Below the pieces are notes generated by a model. It ran no database searches. It saw nothing but the letters and a program-made list of their open reading frames with translations, and was not told the origin of the DNA. The position numbers and the translations under genes are program-made. From Candidatus Micrarchaeota archaeon (GTDB lineage: Archaea; Micrarchaeota; Micrarchaeia; Anstonellales; Anstonellaceae): a DNA stretch of 18,255 bases. The stretch covers positions 4,813 to 23,067 of the forward strand of contig DUFS01000036.1 in the NCBI GenBank assembly GCA_013331805.1, given 5' to 3'. Of this stretch, positions 17,001 to 18,255 are shown one piece after another (position 1 is the first letter of the stretch; each line of letters begins with the position of its first letter).

Positions 17001-18131
17001 GGGCTCGTTCTTTCCTCTGCAGACTACCGGCAGTTCCTTGAAGAAAACCAGTCGGCATCCGCGCTTCTGTCAGATTCGCTCCAGGCTACCACAAGCCTTC
17101 TGGAGCAAAACCTTACTGAACAATCCGCAAGGCTCTCGCTGTCTATCTCCGCGCTTCAGGACGCTCTCCAGTCAGCCTCGCTTCTTTTCCAAGACGGCAA
17201 GTATGGTGATGCAGTCAAACAGGCAAGGAAAGCGGCCTCGAATTTCCGCTCCTCTCTTTCCGAGCTTGCCTGGGATTCCTCATCAGAAGTCTCCAGCCAC
17301 TATGCAAAAGCAAGGAAGGAGGCAGCGCCAAAAGATGCCCATTTGTCTGCGGCAGAAAGCCTGATTGCTTCTGCTAACTCGCTTTACTCCCAGGGCAAGC
17401 ACCTGCAATCCTACTTGTTGTCCTCCAGGGCATCGGGCGAGATTGCAGCCAGCTCGCAGCTTTCATTGTCCGGCGAAGAAGAAGCCAACCAGGCGCTCAA
17501 AATAATAACCGAGGATTTCGAGTCTCTCCGCGCCAAGGGTGAGAAATCGCTTTCGCAGTATTCGCAGCAGTTCTCTGCACTTTCCGGGCAGAGCAAGAAA
17601 CGCCTGCCCATCACCCCCTCATCCGCACAGCAGAAAATCGACGATGCTGCTAAGGGCCTGGCGACAGCTTCAAAATCCACCCTTCCGAATGAAGAGTCGC
17701 TTGCCCAGGCAACCCGCTCCTACGCAAAACTTGCCGAAGCCGTATCTGCGATAGAGGATTCGCTCGGCTCCATTCGGCTTTCGGCAGCATCCTCGCTTGA
17801 GGTTGCAAAAGTGGCGCTATCCGAGGTCAACGCAAAAGCCTCTCCAGAGGAAAAGGGGCAAGCTTCCCAAATCGAGTCCGAGGTAAAAAGTGCCGAAGCC
17901 TATTATTCGGGTTCGCTTTATGCAGACTCTCTCATGGCATCAGAGCGTGCGATAAGCGCCTCAAATGCCCTGCTTTCGAGAAAAGAAGGCGGGATAGACG
18001 CCGGCACAGCAGCGCTGGGCGCCCTGTCCCTCCTATTCATTGCCGCGGCTGCCTATTACTTTGCAAAAAGGAAAAAGCCTGAAGAAAAAAAGAAAGGGAA
18101 AAAATCGATTCCCAAAGGCGAGGAGATCTAG
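14049..18131 (+). CDS. Large (1360 aa) exported, C-terminally membrane-anchored surface protein of unknown function
   Basis: N-terminal signal-peptide-like MRCFGRHLSTLLLFCSIAFS-A; long Ala/Ser/Leu/Glu helical regions; central beta-rich region; C-terminal TM AALGALSLLFIAAAAYYFA followed by a Lys-rich tail. Confidence 0.85.
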   Translation: MRCFGRHLSTLLLFCSIAFSATFDECFPRNELYSFWNSPLYVSQNTHILNLGIASFYFFEFDAASEGLNLTGVAMTSGSEFLSALPPGERKDFSDIASSLNSAANSSSSARESYQKAHLLSKNAQGALSTLLSPYELSLLMAPASGQPASFATILLPLWHAYDLALYGSNYPSYLWQAHQSAASAFDSANFAQNELAKRCDERHLFLKRAGAGAAEYNGKARQAYSRAQSALLSSSSRCSAKGAQEISDYFASSPQVPNVAEAGLAEYLDNALGNGRNTSIIFLAETYSGLSQAALQMQQEFDQDLFSAKGSAEKLSGELSLLEKEKLELIGEQPAQSGGQYALIGSGFSGILSGFRKAKEELAASKQLIYESESLSKSERVEGYLASAISKAEQSGKRSESALLSLPEIRANANDAVAMQRELSQAAMEKARQKLTQSPGSFSDAQSLEEARSLFDSAEEAFSSAEAQGSLGERFMRYTDALKLAVTSSSRADSRFFLPLKSGAEQSLYSLESLLQSAQKDGLEVHYEQSRLQSYRQLLRSSSSSETFQVISDATAQDYKSVLLRLSQSYSPLNEKYAETAYNLEEIRKSEPAFLPAFDPLSQYFPGGILSPELAAGKLSTIKKDLDSLYAQSQVRLPAHLSALLSESTVVQEISDPPMLGQPSRYSAAITAKNPTGLAYSGSLLIKALTSLPLYSPDFISGDRVLDAYFKDGKTNIAIAGVEPYQGFSFSASKTESPVSVASSNDECEIAFSQGALVKRKIAFFATRNLESLGVSELVPEGTQNGIASYSGRQYALYPSFSDGSNALVGEISKVTEGKNTVEILYEVGKPFEVAASSQILENMGGGTTKVSYEVILSNPGLDCDSAAIAIDEPYSAVSHFSATSLDQGKVTGAASVPTSFGTRLSFLVSPLRKGKSIQASVSYTILDVSAAVSSALALAEAQVVEFKRQRDIYSLAQAKSLLAENRTTEALALLSQMRSEAEGLVLSSADYRQFLEENQSASALLSDSLQATTSLLEQNLTEQSARLSLSISALQDALQSASLLFQDGKYGDAVKQARKAASNFRSSLSELAWDSSSEVSSHYAKARKEAAPKDAHLSAAESLIASANSLYSQGKHLQSYLLSSRASGEIAASSQLSLSGEEEANQALKIITEDFESLRAKGEKSLSQYSQQFSALSGQSKKRLPITPSSAQQKIDDAAKGLATASKSTLPNEESLAQATRSYAKLAEAVSAIEDSLGSIRLSAASSLEVAKVALSEVNAKASPEEKGQASQIESEVKSAEAYYSGSLYADSLMASERAISASNALLSRKEGGIDAGTAALGALSLLFIAAAAYYFAKRKKPEEKKKGKKSIPKGEEI

Positions 18132-18255
18132 CCTGCGTAATCCCCCATGAGCACTCCCTGCGACTCCAGCACACCCACTTTTGAAGTACCGTGCTTGGCA
18201 GTGAAGGCGCTTTCAAAATCGCCCGCGCTTCCGCACAGCGGCGATATCTTGTTAG
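18128..18255 (-). CDS. 3' fragment of a convergent gene entering from the right edge
   Basis: Open frame ...NKISPLCGSAGDFESAFTAKHGTSKVGVLESQGVLMGDYAG*, whose TAG overlaps the TAG of the large gene in CTAG (18128-18131). Too short to identify. Confidence 0.45.
   Translation of the reverse strand, partial: NKISPLCGSAGDFESAFTAKHGTSKVGVLESQGVLMGDYAG

Noticed and set aside
1..18255. CRISPR arrays, tRNA/rRNA genes, transposases, integrases, reverse transcriptase/DGR
   Set aside because: No regularly spaced repeats, tRNA T-loop/cloverleaf signatures or relevant protein motifs were recognised by eye.

Overview
Archaeal genomic DNA, most likely from a DPANN lineage such as Micrarchaeota. That assignment is inferred from gene content, compact divergent promoters and orphan genes, and is not proven. 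The window is mostly housekeeping genes: a RecJ/GAN (Cdc45-like) DHH nuclease missing from the ORF track because it runs off the left edge, a HEXXH putative metallopeptidase, aspartate dehydrogenase NadX, an AP-endonuclease-2/xylose-isomerase-like TIM barrel, GatE and GatD, a DRG-family GTPase, an AlkD-like repair protein, a K+-independent-type membrane pyrophosphatase, a PIN-domain protein, aTrm56, an atypical TFE and a 1360-aa membrane-anchored surface protein. A variable block at about 7.9-10.3 kb holds orphan genes. One of these (9562-10296) shows, by eye, the ordered motif blocks of the colicin M (lipid II phosphoesterase) catalytic domain and is the top candidate for a novel system. Other oddities are a 60-nt palindromic in-frame insertion in recJ, degenerate gene-end duplications flanking the nadX/TIM-barrel pair, a 50-aa ORF missing from the track, and four head-to-head gene pairs that each have one central TATA box. 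No tRNA, rRNA, CRISPR array or transposase was recognised.
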